From Candidatus Kaiserbacteria bacterium (GTDB lineage Bacteria > Patescibacteriota > Minisyncoccia > Phycocordibacterales > Phycocordibacteraceae), in assembly GCA_023264445.1 (NCBI GenBank), contig JAHFMN010000002.1, forward strand, positions 2,365-66,364: DNA of 64,000 nucleotides. The letters run 5' to 3'. Within the stretch, counting starts at the first letter, position 1, and each line of letters starts with the position of its first letter. Below the pieces are notes generated by a model. It was not told the DNA's origin. It worked only from the letters and a program-made list of their open reading frames with translations, and did not search any database. Shown one piece after another: positions 20,212 through 30,330 of this stretch. The translations under genes were made by a program, and so were the position numbers.

Positions 20212-21273
20212 TCAGGCCGACGCGTTCCCTGCGCGGCGTTTCCGTTTGTCAAAGTCGGTGATGAACTCAAGCAAGACTGCTGCTGCCGGCACCGAAAGCA
20301 GTACGCCGAGGAAACCGGCAAGCGTGTAGCCGGCGATGAGTGCCACGATGACCAGCAAGGGCGGTACGCCGACGATCTTCTTCACGATAAGCGGATAGAT
20401 GAGATTCGATTCGAACTGATTGACGACGACATAGAGGCCGGCGACAATCGCAGCGATTGCTACGCCGCCATCGGCAAAACCGACGATGACCGCCACGACG
20501 CCAGAGAGAAGCGACCCGAACACAGGAATGATCTCTATCATGGCGGTAAAGACTGCCAGGAGAAGCGCGTACGGGACGCCGATGATAAGAAGCCCAAGAT
20601 ACACGAGTATGCCGACAATGACCGAGAGCAATATCTGTCCCTGCATCCATAGCCCTATTTTCTTCTGGGTCCGCTTCCAGAGGTCGACTGAATATTCTTC
20701 ATACTCGAGCGGCATCACCAGGCGGAGGAAATCATCGACTCCAGTGTCCTGAAGCGCGAAGTAGAAAGAGAGAACGATGACAAGCAGAGATGAGAAAATG
20801 CCCCCGAAGAACGCGACAAAAAGATGTAGGATGCCGCTTGAACTCGCAGTGAAAACAGATTGGAAAGAAAGGAGCGTTTGTATGAAAGACTGTACCCCTT
20901 CCTGTCCGCCGATAAGAGCGGTCGCGTCAGCAAGATTTGGAAGAGAAGAAGCTGCGTTTATATCATCGAGATATTGCGGCATCAGGGAGAGAAAACCTGT
21001 CGCATCCGCAATGATGGGCGGGAAGAAGAAGTACAGAAGTGCGAAAATCGAACCGAATACCAGAACGTAGACCAGAAGCGCAGCGATGAAGCGTGGAATT
21101 CGCCGCCGAATAAAGAACACGATTCCCGGCTCGATCGCCGAGGCGATGACGATGGCGGTGATAACTAGAAGGGCGAGGTCGCGAAGGAGCCAGAGCACAT
21201 AGGCCCCTACAATGATGAAGAGCGTAGTGACGATAGTGCCCGGCGTGATGGAGACATGGATGTCCTTGCCCAT
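20212..21273 (-). CDS. AI-2E family transporter
   Basis: Polytopic protein; EIIPVFG, NQFESNLIYP, G.LGVLLSVP motifs. Confidence 0.92.
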   Translation of the reverse strand: MGKDIHVSITPGTIVTTLFIIVGAYVLWLLRDLALLVITAIVIASAIEPGIVFFIRRRIPRFIAALLVYVLVFGSIFALLYFFFPPIIADATGFLSLMPQYLDDINAASSLPNLADATALIGGQEGVQSFIQTLLSFQSVFTASSSGILHLFVAFFGGIFSSLLVIVLSFYFALQDTGVDDFLRLVMPLEYEEYSVDLWKRTQKKIGLWMQGQILLSVIVGILVYLGLLIIGVPYALLLAVFTAMIEIIPVFGSLLSGVVAVIVGFADGGVAIAAIVAGLYVVVNQFESNLIYPLIVKKIVGVPPLLVIVALIAGYTLAGFLGVLLSVPAAAVLLEFITDFDKRKRRAGNASA

Positions 21274-21319
21274 ACGGGCATCCTAGCACATTCTCTCTTT
21301 GAGTTTGTGCGCGTTCCCG

Positions 21320-21540
21320 TGGCGTACGCATTGCCATCTGCGCCACTGCCCATCGAGAATTCTCCGGGCTGAATCTGATTCGGGACATCGAAGTCCTCTA
21401 GCAATGCGTACCAACTATTTCATTTTTGTTTGAGAAACATCCAAACGCTCTCTCTCAAGCCGTGGCCGAAGAGATTCTGGTATTGCATGTTTCTCGAATC
21501 TTCCGCATAAGCCGTGGCCGCTGCGCCCAAAGATTCGAGT
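21320..21540 (-). ncRNA. Candidate structured ncRNA (unknown family)
   Basis: Three long stems, a repeated GGC-CACG-GCU hairpin tip and a TATACT box at 21544-21549; no credible ORF. Confidence 0.45.
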
Positions 21541-21610
21541 GTAAGTATACAAAAAGAAAATCGGCCCAAGGATACAAGTATCCAAGGGCCGAGTTCAAAG
21601 CGCCAAAGCG

Positions 21611-22270
21611 CTAGTTGCGAGGGAACACCCGATAACCGGCGCTCCAGTAGTAGTCGTCGCGCCCCCCCGCGTTCACGAACCAGTAGCCACTGTCGGCAAG
21701 CCAGAACACGTACACGACGAAGCCGGGCACGTAGAAGAGGTTGGCGTATCCGTTGTTCAGGAGTTCGCCATCCCTCCCTCCCCACTGCTTCTCGATCATC
21801 TGCGCGATGCGCGCACAGAGTTCGGACGGGTCCCACTCATACCCTTCGGGAAGTTCCGCCGTGATTTGGCTGTCCTTTGCGTTTTTGCGAAGGTCATAGG
21901 ACTTGCCGGTGCAGGCGTCGAGCTTCTCGACCGACTTCACGTTCGCAAGAATGCGTTCGTTGAATTCGCCCCAGATGTAGAGGCCGTCACGCGTCTGATA
22001 GAACGCGTGCGGGTCGTGAGGTTTGTCGAGCGCCGGATACTCCACCTGTCCATTCGCGAGAGCAAGTAAGGCGGGTTTCGGAACCATGGGAACATCGCCC
22101 AGTTTCGGGCAACCGGCTTTGAGGTAGGCCGCGAGATTGCGGCGCGCTTCGCGGTTATCCGTCACCGCCAAGAGTTCGGTGGTGACACCCTCCTTCGCCA
22201 TGACCCGTACAAATTTCGCGGTCGTGTCGAGGACGTTACTGATGGTTTCGAGGTGAGCGATGTTCGACAT
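21611..22270 (-). CDS. Putative DGR target protein (CLec-like variable C-terminus)
   Basis: C-terminus VYVFWLADSGYWFVNAGGRDDYYWSAGYRVFPRN with NNC/NNT codons at the putative variable sites; AGGAGG SD before ATG 22270. Confidence 0.7.
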   Translation of the reverse strand: MSNIAHLETISNVLDTTAKFVRVMAKEGVTTELLAVTDNREARRNLAAYLKAGCPKLGDVPMVPKPALLALANGQVEYPALDKPHDPHAFYQTRDGLYIWGEFNERILANVKSVEKLDACTGKSYDLRKNAKDSQITAELPEGYEWDPSELCARIAQMIEKQWGGRDGELLNNGYANLFYVPGFVVYVFWLADSGYWFVNAGGRDDYYWSAGYRVFPRN

Positions 22271-22298
22271 CGTGTGCCTCCTAAGTAAAGAGCAACCC

Positions 22299-22368
22299 AT
22301 CCTGAATACGGGAATCCCGCACTCATTAGGTTGTTTATATTATATACTCAAATGACCTATCCTGTCAA
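22299..22368 (-). promoter_or_regulatory. Sigma70 promoter and leader hairpin, shared with the 39480 gene
   Basis: TTGACA (22363-68), TATAAT (22339-44), leader CTAATGAGTGCGGGATTCCCGTATTCAGGAT. Confidence 0.75.
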
Positions 22369-22421
22369 GTCACCAAATGATCCTGTAGACACGGCTCAAA
22401 ATAGAACAAGGTTGAACCTTG

Positions 22422-23792
22422 TTAGGAGATGGAAGAGCGGATGCGGGTGGCGACTTCAGCAACAGTAAGGCGCTCTTGCTCGCCAGAATCACGATGGCGA
22501 AGGGTGACGGTGTCCGTGAGATTCGGCGTCTCGCCCAAGGTATCGAAGTCGATGGTGACGCAGAACGGCGTACCGATCTCGTCCTGGCGGCGATAGCGCT
22601 TGCCGATATTGCCATTATCGTCCCATGCGATAGCTGGGTGTATCTTCTGCAGCTCTTTACGCACCTCCTGCGCTTTCGCGACGAGCTCGGGTTTGTTTTT
22701 CAAAAGCGGCGAAACCATCGCTTTCACCGGTGCGATCTTCGGCGCAAGGGCGAGGTAGGAGCGCACTTCTCCGCCCATGTCATCTTCGCGATATGAGCTG
22801 GTAAGAATCGCAAGAATCGTGCGGTCCACGCCAAGAGACGGTTCGATAACGTGCGGAATAAATTTCTCCTTCGTCTCTTCATCAAGATAGGAAAGCGGAG
22901 TTCCAGAACCTTTTTCATGTGCCGAGAGGTCGAAGTCGGTGCGATAGGCGAGACCCCAGAGCTCTTTGCGGCCAAATGGGTATTCAAATTCAAAATCAAT
23001 CGTGCGTTTAGAGTAATGTGCGCGCTCTTCAGCAGGCACTTCAAGCTCATGGAGTGCGCTCGATGGTATTCCAACCGCTTCGGCAAACAGGTGCATCGCC
23101 TTGCGCCATTCCTCAAAGGCCTGCTCCCATGTATCGGGCTTTACGAAATACTCGACTTCCATCTGTTCGAGTTCACGCAGACGGAAGACGAAATCACGCG
23201 GAGCAATTTCGTTGCGGAACGCCTTCCCTATCTGCGCAATACCGAATGGAAGCTTCGGATGAAGCGAGTCAACAACATTTTTAAAGTTAGCGAAGATGCC
23301 GCCAGCCGTTTCCGGACGCAGATAGACCGTAGCCGACTCGTCCTCGGTGGCTCCCGCATGTGTCTTAAACATCATGTTAAATTGCCGAACTTCTCCAAGA
23401 GTGCCTTCTTTACCGCACGAAGGACAGACTTTATTTTCATTCACTATTTTTCCATTCTCATCTTTTTCATATTTAACTGGCACATGATCAGATCGGAAAC
23501 GACCTTTGCAATTATTGCACTCAACGAGAGGATCGGAAAATCCGGCGACATGGCCGGACGCTTCCCATACTTTCGGATTCATGAGTATTGCAGCATCAAC
23601 GCCATACATGTCGTCACGCGAATCACGGAACATCTGCAACCAGAGGCGTTCCACATTTTCCTTCAAGACAACACCGAGGGGCCCGTAGTCATAGGTGCCG
23701 GCGAGGCCGCCGTAAATCTCGGAGCCAGGGAAGACGAAGCCGCGGCGCTTACAGAGCGAGACAATTTTCTCCATCAACTGCTGATTAGCCAT
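22422..23792 (-). CDS. glyQS: Glycine--tRNA ligase (homodimeric type)
   Basis: LCKRRGF, LRPETA, FRNEIAPR, IEPSLG, IGKRYRRQDEIGTP motifs. Confidence 0.97.
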   Translation of the reverse strand: MANQQLMEKIVSLCKRRGFVFPGSEIYGGLAGTYDYGPLGVVLKENVERLWLQMFRDSRDDMYGVDAAILMNPKVWEASGHVAGFSDPLVECNNCKGRFRSDHVPVKYEKDENGKIVNENKVCPSCGKEGTLGEVRQFNMMFKTHAGATEDESATVYLRPETAGGIFANFKNVVDSLHPKLPFGIAQIGKAFRNEIAPRDFVFRLRELEQMEVEYFVKPDTWEQAFEEWRKAMHLFAEAVGIPSSALHELEVPAEERAHYSKRTIDFEFEYPFGRKELWGLAYRTDFDLSAHEKGSGTPLSYLDEETKEKFIPHVIEPSLGVDRTILAILTSSYREDDMGGEVRSYLALAPKIAPVKAMVSPLLKNKPELVAKAQEVRKELQKIHPAIAWDDNGNIGKRYRRQDEIGTPFCVTIDFDTLGETPNLTDTVTLRHRDSGEQERLTVAEVATRIRSSIS

Positions 23793-23802
23793 AGAGCGAT
23801 AT

Positions 23803-23888
23803 TACTGCCAAGCGAGCCGAGTGGCAAAGCATGTCCCCATGATTTGTCCGAGGCAAGCGCAGGAAGAAAGCTCGGTCATACGAGCTTA
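23803..23888. repeat. Structured intergenic repeat, copy 1 (copy 2 at 30243)
   Basis: TACTGCCAAGCGAGCCGAG...ATTTGTCCGAGGCAAG...AGAAAGCT...AGCTTA shared with 30243-30330. Confidence 0.8.
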
Positions 23889-25769
23889 TTGAACAGTAGC
23901 GTTAGTCGGGACATATCCTGGATCTCCCTTCGTTTCGGTCGTCACTGGATCGGCCGTCTCTGCTATCTGCACGCCAGCGAAGCGATCGTATCCTGAAAAA
24001 GTGACCGCACCGGTAAGTGGCGGCGCAGAACCTTTCTGCGAGGTGGACGGAGTGAATGAGACCTGGAAAAGCCCTTGTGTGCTCCCCGCTTGTGCGAGGT
24101 CGCCGATATCCCATGAGACAGAACGAGAGGTTCCATCATACGAGAAAGAGCCGCTACCGCCTGTGAGACCGGTATAGGAAACGTAGCCGGGCAATACCGT
24201 CGAGACCCTTCCCCCGGCCACCGCGCTTCCTTTGTTTTGAGCAGTCAGGACAATACTATATGTCGTCGCTTGATTGGCTTTAGGAGGAATAGGGCCGCTG
24301 TTTCCTATAGCTCCCGAACTATGCAGCGCTGCTGCTGAAAGCATGACTGAGGTCGCGACCTTCACGGTCTTGGCTGCAGAAGCATTCACCAATTCCGGCA
24401 CATTACTCTGGCCCACGCGAGTACCAGAGACAGAGATAGTGAAGGTGATTGATGGTGTGGTGGGAAGCATACTCGCTGGAAGGGTTGCGAAAGAAAACGA
24501 ACCGAAACCAGAAGCACCAGGCGCAAGCGAGGCAAGAGAGGAATCGGTGTCCCTGCTGAACACGACGGTATGATCGGAGGAGCGGTAGAAACCATTTGTC
24601 GTCTGTATGCTGTCATAATCAACCGCCGAACCAGAGAGTGCGATAGAGATTGTCGCATTTGTCACACTCGTTGAGAGCGTATTCGTATAGGAAAGGCTGA
24701 CGTTCTGAGGGCTCCCAGCAGTGACGACGGTGTTCGTGCCTGTATCCCCGTTAAGGGCAAGCGTCGTATTAATAAAAGGCGCTCTGATGGTAACCGTCGC
24801 ATCTTGTGTCATATAGGAGACGACGGGCGTCTGGTTCGTCGGCGTATCCGCGGTCCCGACTGTAAAGTGGAAAACGCGCTGCTCTTTATCTTGTCCCAAG
24901 AGCGTTCCAACAAGCGTCACTTCCTTGCTCGCACCGGGCGCGATAGTGCCGAGCAGAAAACTGGAATTATTCAGCGGGCGTGACGACGAGGTGACCGAAA
25001 AGCCAAATGGGAGCGTGCTTGCGAGAACGACGTTCTCGAGCGGTACTGTTGCATTAGAACGGACGGTGAGTGTAAAAGCGAGCGGTTTGCCGGAAATCGT
25101 TTCAGAGAGCGTCTCGACCGAAAGCGAAAGCGGCGTAGAAGAGATCGTCAGTGGATAGGAAGTTTTCTTTACAAAACCCGCATTGGAGCCGGTCGTACCG
25201 TAGGAAAATGTGACTGGCAGAGTGAGCGTTTGTCCGGCTCCGCCGAATATGATTGCCTTCAACGAACGAGTTATCGTCGCACCGCTTGCGAGCATGCCAA
25301 GATTCTCGGTGTAGCGCGGGTAGGTCTGCGAGATATCATCTGCACTGCGCGTGCCGCTTGGGAATTCAATCCCAATCGTCGCATTTTCAAGAGCAACCGG
25401 ATTCTTATTCGTTATGGTGAGTGATAGGGGGACGGTATCTCCTCCTGCGATTGTCGTCGGGCCTTGTATATCGATGGTGATCTTGTCTACCGAGACGGTG
25501 TTGCCGCCGGCAAAGAAGAAATAGCCGGCGGCAACAAGTGAAACGAGAAAGAACAGGAATGCAATGGTGAAAAATATACCGGCGAAATGAACGTGTCGCT
25601 CCCCATTTCGCGAGAATTGCTGAAATGATTCTCGCCACGTATGAGGTAGAAGGCGTGGGCCAGACTGTGCAAGTGGAGGATTTCCTCCCGATGAGGGGGC
25701 AACGGGCTCGTAGAGACGCTTTCGCGCCCGTTCAAGCGAGCCAGTATCATCTTCAGGAAGCGGCGGCAT
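23886..25769 (-). CDS. Membrane-anchored multi-Ig-domain (DUF11-like) protein
   Basis: Single TM followed by S/T-rich beta-sandwich domains; GPIPPKANQATTYSI motif. Confidence 0.8.
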   Translation of the reverse strand: MPPLPEDDTGSLERARKRLYEPVAPSSGGNPPLAQSGPRLLPHTWRESFQQFSRNGERHVHFAGIFFTIAFLFFLVSLVAAGYFFFAGGNTVSVDKITIDIQGPTTIAGGDTVPLSLTITNKNPVALENATIGIEFPSGTRSADDISQTYPRYTENLGMLASGATITRSLKAIIFGGAGQTLTLPVTFSYGTTGSNAGFVKKTSYPLTISSTPLSLSVETLSETISGKPLAFTLTVRSNATVPLENVVLASTLPFGFSVTSSSRPLNNSSFLLGTIAPGASKEVTLVGTLLGQDKEQRVFHFTVGTADTPTNQTPVVSYMTQDATVTIRAPFINTTLALNGDTGTNTVVTAGSPQNVSLSYTNTLSTSVTNATISIALSGSAVDYDSIQTTNGFYRSSDHTVVFSRDTDSSLASLAPGASGFGSFSFATLPASMLPTTPSITFTISVSGTRVGQSNVPELVNASAAKTVKVATSVMLSAAALHSSGAIGNSGPIPPKANQATTYSIVLTAQNKGSAVAGGRVSTVLPGYVSYTGLTGGSGSFSYDGTSRSVSWDIGDLAQAGSTQGLFQVSFTPSTSQKGSAPPLTGAVTFSGYDRFAGVQIAETADPVTTETKGDPGYVPTNATVQ

Positions 25770-25790
25770 CACTCATTAGTATACAAGAAT

Positions 25791-26360
25791 TTAAAGGCCG
25801 GAAGTGGCAATGCCGTGATTGATGCGCGTAATGTATGCCGTGCGATCTTCTGCGACCGCAGCAAGTAGTGGAGGCGTGAACGCCGATGGTTCTCCTGGTA
25901 TGCCACCTACATCGAGCCCCAGTGCAGCAAGCGTGCGGAGTGCGGCGAGCATTTCAACGGCCTCGTGCTGCTCCTCAGGATGCTCCGAAAGCGCGGAAAA
26001 AAAGCCACTCATGATGGGAAAGAGTGTCGTGTCATGGGCTTCTCCGGCAACAAGGCGCAGCAAGAGTCCCGACACGCGCGCCGCCCGCTCTCGCGGCGGC
26101 GCGCTCTGCATGCGCTTGAACCAATTTTCTTCAAGCATGGCGCCGGCAAGCCGCCAGCCCTCCTTCCCGCGAACAAGCACGAGAGAACTTTCAGCAAAGG
26201 TAGTGAGAGCATGGGCGAGCTTCGCCCCGGAAGCCCGGAGGCCCTGCGCCCGAGCGCGCACGAGACCGAGCTCGGGCGTGAGCACCATGACAAATGCGTT
26301 CGCTTCTCCCAAAGGAGAACGGGAGAGCACGATACCGCGCGTCTCGTATTTATGGCGCAT
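25791..26360 (-). CDS. recO: DNA repair protein RecO (short form)
   Basis: [13 protein letters not shown]....LT.ELGLV.ARAQG.R...KL OB-fold motif. Confidence 0.85.
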   Translation of the reverse strand: MRHKYETRGIVLSRSPLGEANAFVMVLTPELGLVRARAQGLRASGAKLAHALTTFAESSLVLVRGKEGWRLAGAMLEENWFKRMQSAPPRERAARVSGLLLRLVAGEAHDTTLFPIMSGFFSALSEHPEEQHEAVEMLAALRTLAALGLDVGGIPGEPSAFTPPLLAAVAEDRTAYITRINHGIATSGL

Positions 26361-29300
26361 TGCGAATGAGATTGAAGCGTACCGGACCGGTTGAGAGGGT
26401 CGCCGCATGCTTCCCTTCCGGAGCTATCTCCGTGCGCACCGTATCTCTGGGAGAGAATCCTTCGGCTTTGCGCGCATCCGCGACCGCGCGCGCCATCTCG
26501 CGCTCGTCTCCCTCCTTTATAAGCTCTGGCGTGAGAGCCGTGTCGAGCACAAGCTCTTTGCCTGCGATCACTTTTTTCACATTCATCTCTTCAGCGAGAA
26601 TGCCTGCCAGCTCGGTTGGCAGTTGCCCTGGAACCGTGAGCGAAGCGAGCGGTTGGCGCACCTTGATACCGGCCTTCTGCCGCAATTGGAGCGCTTCTGA
26701 TGCGAGCGCACGAACTTTCTTCATCTCTGCGAGCAGAGCTTCGTCTTTCCCTTTGCCGAACCAGCGCCGTTTTCGCTCCGGCCATGATGCAAGATGCACG
26801 CTCTCTGGAGCAGAAGCATCCTTTACCCTCGCGTACACATCCTCTGCAAGAAATGGCGCGAACGGAGCGAGAAGAAGCGCCGATGTATGAAGCGTGTCGC
26901 GGAGAGTCTCGAGAGCTGCTGCATCGCCTTCGCGCACGCGGTCGCGAATGCGCCGCACATACCATTGTGAAAGATCTTCAGTAAGCCCCGCAATCATACG
27001 CGTCGCCTCAAAGGGACGGTACCCGTCCATACTTTCGGTCATAACCGAGACAGCTTCCTGCACTCGCGCCCGCATCCATGTATCAATAACCGCCGGCTGC
27101 TTTTGCACAGGCGGAACATCTTTGAACAACTCATAGAACTTCGCGCTATTCTCGAGCCAAGAGAGCACTTTCGCCGCCTCCTTCACCGTTTTCTCGCCAT
27201 AATTCTTTGAGTCGCCCGGCTGGGTCACGCTATACATCCAGAACCGGAGCGTATCGACGCCCCACTTCTCCATCTCCACCCATGGGTCAACCACATTCCC
27301 TTTTGATTTGCTCATCTTCTGCCCTTCGGCATCGAGGAGGTGTCCGAGCGAAATCACATTTCTGAAAGAAGCGCCGCGGCCTGCAAGCGTTCCTACCGCG
27401 AGCAGCGTATAAAACCAGCCGCGCGTCTGGTCGATGGCCTCGCTGATGAAATCAGCCGGGTACGCGATCTTCTTCAGAAAGGCGCTCAGCGATTCGTTCC
27501 CGCGCTCGCGCGCCGCTTGTGCAAACGGCATTCCGCCGGAGTCAAACCATACGTCCATTACTTCCTTCACTCGGCGCAGTTTGGTCCCCTTTTCTGAAAC
27601 GAGCACCACATCATCGATATAGGGCCGATGCAGATCAAGCTCATAGTCCTCATTGTGTGGAAGAGGGAGGAAGTTAAGAGCGCGCTCCTCGGCAGGAGCA
27701 AGAGCGTCCCGTTCGATATGCCCGTGGCGCACGACCGCTTCGGGTATCGTCTCGCCAAGCGCGACTGACTGAAGCATGAAAGCGGGGGTCTCATGCGTCA
27801 CGAAGAGAATCTTCTCGCCCTGATACTGCTCCTCGCACTCGTACAGGAGCGCGCCGACACGGCGCTTGACCTCTACCCAGCTCTCACCTCCTTGTGGCGC
27901 AGACAAGCCTTTCGGCTGCGACGCTAAAAACCATTCATGATACGCGCGTATCGGTCCTTGATTGAAGATGCCGAGCCCAAGCTCTCGCAGGCGCGCATCA
28001 GCGGCTATGCTGTCGGACAGGCCACATTCTTGCGCGATAATCTCCGCCGTCCGGGTCGTCCGCCGCAAGGGCGAGTGGATGATGCGCGTGATGCCGAGAT
28101 GCTTAAGGCGCTTCGCAGTCGCTCGTGCATCATCCTCCCCTTTCTGGGTAAGATTTCCCGAAATCGAATCGTCGTCATTGAGTATCCTGCTTACGTTATT
28201 CTCCGTCTCTCCATGCCGCATCACGAAATACGCATTGCCGGATTTTTTCGTATGCTTTTTCAGGTCATCTATCGAATCAATAACGAGCTGTTCGCTTCCA
28301 TCAGTATTGCGCCAGATAGGTAGCGGCGTACCCCAATAGCGCTCGCGGCTTATCGCCCAGTCTTTCGCATTTGCGAGCCATTCGCCCATGCGCCCCTCGC
28401 GGATGTATTCCGGCTCCCAATGAATCTTCTTATTTTCAGAAACGAGCTTCACGCGCAGGTCGCTCATGCGGATGTACCACGAATCGCGCGCATAATAGAT
28501 GAGCCGCGTCTTGCACCGCCAGCAGAAGGGATAGGTGTGCGTATAGGATTCTTTCTTGAAAAGCAGATCGCGCGCCTGCAGGTCTTTCAGTATCTCAACC
28601 GACGTCTCCTCTTCAACGACAGACCTTCCGGCAAGAAAACCAGTTCCATCAATAAACTTCCCTTCAGGATTTACTAAATGCACTTTCGGCAGGCCAATAC
28701 TGTTCCCAAGTTCGAAATCTTCTTGGCCGTACATCATCGCGGTGTGTACGATGCCCGTACCATCTTCGGTCGTGACGAAATCCGCCGCATATACCTGAAA
28801 TGCTTTCTCAAACTTTGCCTTCTCGTTCTCTGACGCGAGATTCTTTGCAAAATCGTAGAGCGGCTTATATTTCTTGCCAACTAAATCTTTTCCTTTAACT
28901 TCTCTCTCGACACTAAAAGAAATCCCGGCATCGGAGAATCGTTCAAGAGCTGATTTTGCCAGAAGATACACACCAGAGTCAGCTTCATAATGGCCCGCAC
29001 CCGCCGCTTGTATTTGAGTCTTAAAAATTTTTGCTTTTACATAATCAATGTCCTTCCCCACTGCGAGTGCGATGTTGCCAGGAAGCGTCCATGGCGTCGT
29101 CGTCCACGCGAGCAGATAGGTACCCGGCTCATCTACGAGCTCAAACTTCGCAGTAATGGTGAGATCTTTGATGTCTTGGTATCCCTGCGCAAGCTCGTGC
29201 GAAGAGAGTGCCGTCCCGCAACGCGGACACCATGGCACGACCTTGTAATCCTTATAGAGCCGGCTGTCCTTTGCCGTCTGGGCAAAGAGGTGCCAGAGGA

Positions 29301-29769
29301 CTTCCATGTAGGAACTGTCAAAGGTGAAATACGCCTTAGTCTCATCGACCCAGTAGCCGATGCGCTTGGTAAACTTCGCCCATAAATCAATGTATGCAAA
29401 AACGCTCTCGCGGCACTTCTTATTGAAAGCGGCTATGCCGTATTTCTCGATGTCGGGCTTTCCTTTGAAACCAAGCTGTTTTTCGACTTCAAGCTCGACT
29501 GGAAGCCCGTGCGTGTCCCACCCCGCGCGGCGATTGACCCGATACCCGCGCATGGTCTTGTAGCGCGGAATGGCATCTTTAAATGCGCGTGCCTCAAGGT
29601 GGTGGATGCCCGGCTTTCCATTGGCCGTCGGCGGTCCTTCATAAAAGACGAATTCGCCTTTGGGGGACTTTTTCGTGAGTGATTTCTCAAAGATGCGCTC
29701 GCGCTCCCAAAACGCCAGAATCGCTTCTTCGCGCTTCGCCGCTTCTGACTTCTCTGGAACATCAGCCAT
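26350..29769 (-). CDS. ileS: Isoleucine--tRNA ligase with an inserted histidine-phosphatase domain
   Basis: [34 protein letters not shown] motifs; RHGET insert. Confidence 0.96.
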   Translation of the reverse strand: MADVPEKSEAAKREEAILAFWERERIFEKSLTKKSPKGEFVFYEGPPTANGKPGIHHLEARAFKDAIPRYKTMRGYRVNRRAGWDTHGLPVELEVEKQLGFKGKPDIEKYGIAAFNKKCRESVFAYIDLWAKFTKRIGYWVDETKAYFTFDSSYMEVLWHLFAQTAKDSRLYKDYKVVPWCPRCGTALSSHELAQGYQDIKDLTITAKFELVDEPGTYLLAWTTTPWTLPGNIALAVGKDIDYVKAKIFKTQIQAAGAGHYEADSGVYLLAKSALERFSDAGISFSVEREVKGKDLVGKKYKPLYDFAKNLASENEKAKFEKAFQVYAADFVTTEDGTGIVHTAMMYGQEDFELGNSIGLPKVHLVNPEGKFIDGTGFLAGRSVVEEETSVEILKDLQARDLLFKKESYTHTYPFCWRCKTRLIYYARDSWYIRMSDLRVKLVSENKKIHWEPEYIREGRMGEWLANAKDWAISRERYWGTPLPIWRNTDGSEQLVIDSIDDLKKHTKKSGNAYFVMRHGETENNVSRILNDDDSISGNLTQKGEDDARATAKRLKHLGITRIIHSPLRRTTRTAEIIAQECGLSDSIAADARLRELGLGIFNQGPIRAYHEWFLASQPKGLSAPQGGESWVEVKRRVGALLYECEEQYQGEKILFVTHETPAFMLQSVALGETIPEAVVRHGHIERDALAPAEERALNFLPLPHNEDYELDLHRPYIDDVVLVSEKGTKLRRVKEVMDVWFDSGGMPFAQAARERGNESLSAFLKKIAYPADFISEAIDQTRGWFYTLLAVGTLAGRGASFRNVISLGHLLDAEGQKMSKSKGNVVDPWVEMEKWGVDTLRFWMYSVTQPGDSKNYGEKTVKEAAKVLSWLENSAKFYELFKDVPPVQKQPAVIDTWMRARVQEAVSVMTESMDGYRPFEATRMIAGLTEDLSQWYVRRIRDRVREGDAAALETLRDTLHTSALLLAPFAPFLAEDVYARVKDASAPESVHLASWPERKRRWFGKGKDEALLAEMKKVRALASEALQLRQKAGIKVRQPLASLTVPGQLPTELAGILAEEMNVKKVIAGKELVLDTALTPELIKEGDEREMARAVADARKAEGFSPRDTVRTEIAPEGKHAATLSTGPVRFNLIRNAP

Positions 29770-29857
29770 ATCTCTCGTATCGTAGCGTTTACCGGGCAAA
29801 AATGGAAACGGCGGCCCAGGAGAGAATCCCTGTGACCGCCGTTGTGGCGTTGTGTCG

Positions 29858-30163
29858 CTATGCGACCCGGAGCGCCGGATGGAATCGCCGATATCGCTCA
29901 CGGTGCGAACGGGCGCGGATCGCCGTTCGACGGGCGATTGCCCGCTCGTATAGCCCCCTCGCATACTTCAGGACATAGTCCGGAATCTTGCGGAGATTCA
30001 CGACGACTTTCCGGACGATGTTCTCACCCCGCTGCATACGCAGAGCATTCTCGAAGCTGGTTGCTTCCTCGAACAATTCCTTGATTGTCCACGAGCGAAA
30101 GCGTGCAGCCCGATAGATGATCTCGATGTGAGAGGATGTCCTGCGACGGTTCTTATTTGCCAT
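29858..30163 (-). CDS. Small basic hypothetical protein
   Basis: GGAGG SD; followed by a GC hairpin terminator (~29807-29843). Confidence 0.55.
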   Translation of the reverse strand: MANKNRRRTSSHIEIIYRAARFRSWTIKELFEEATSFENALRMQRGENIVRKVVVNLRKIPDYVLKYARGLYERAIARRTAIRARSHRERYRRFHPALRVA

Positions 30164-30242
30164 TACTCCTCCATAGCAGTCGCGACCGACGACATGTACG
30201 GTCTGCGAAAGAATCTAGCGCACTCTCAGCTTACCCGCAACC

Positions 30243-30330
30243 TACTGCCAAGCGAGCCGAGCGACAAATGAAGTCCCTACTTTATTTGTCCGAGGCAAGT
30301 ACAGAGAGAAAGCTTTGTCTTCAAAGCTTA
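30243..30330. repeat. Structured intergenic repeat, copy 2
   Basis: Homologous to 23803-23888, with compensatory changes in the hairpins. Confidence 0.8.

Noticed and set aside
21274-21610. DGR template repeat or canonical tRNA next to the target-like gene
   Set aside because: No AAC-rich copy of the variable region is present; the cloverleaf-like part lacks a proper D-arm and 7-nt anticodon and T-loops.
23793-23888. T-box riboswitch upstream of glyQS
   Set aside because: Too short, no AAGGTGGNACC-type T-box sequence, and a -10 box lies 6 nt before the ATG.
29770-29964. N-terminal extensions given by the ORF track for ileS (similarly argS, rluA, pilB, pilN)
   Set aside because: They overlap terminators or neighbouring genes; downstream ATGs are supported by -10 boxes or gene overlaps and by where the protein family motifs begin.
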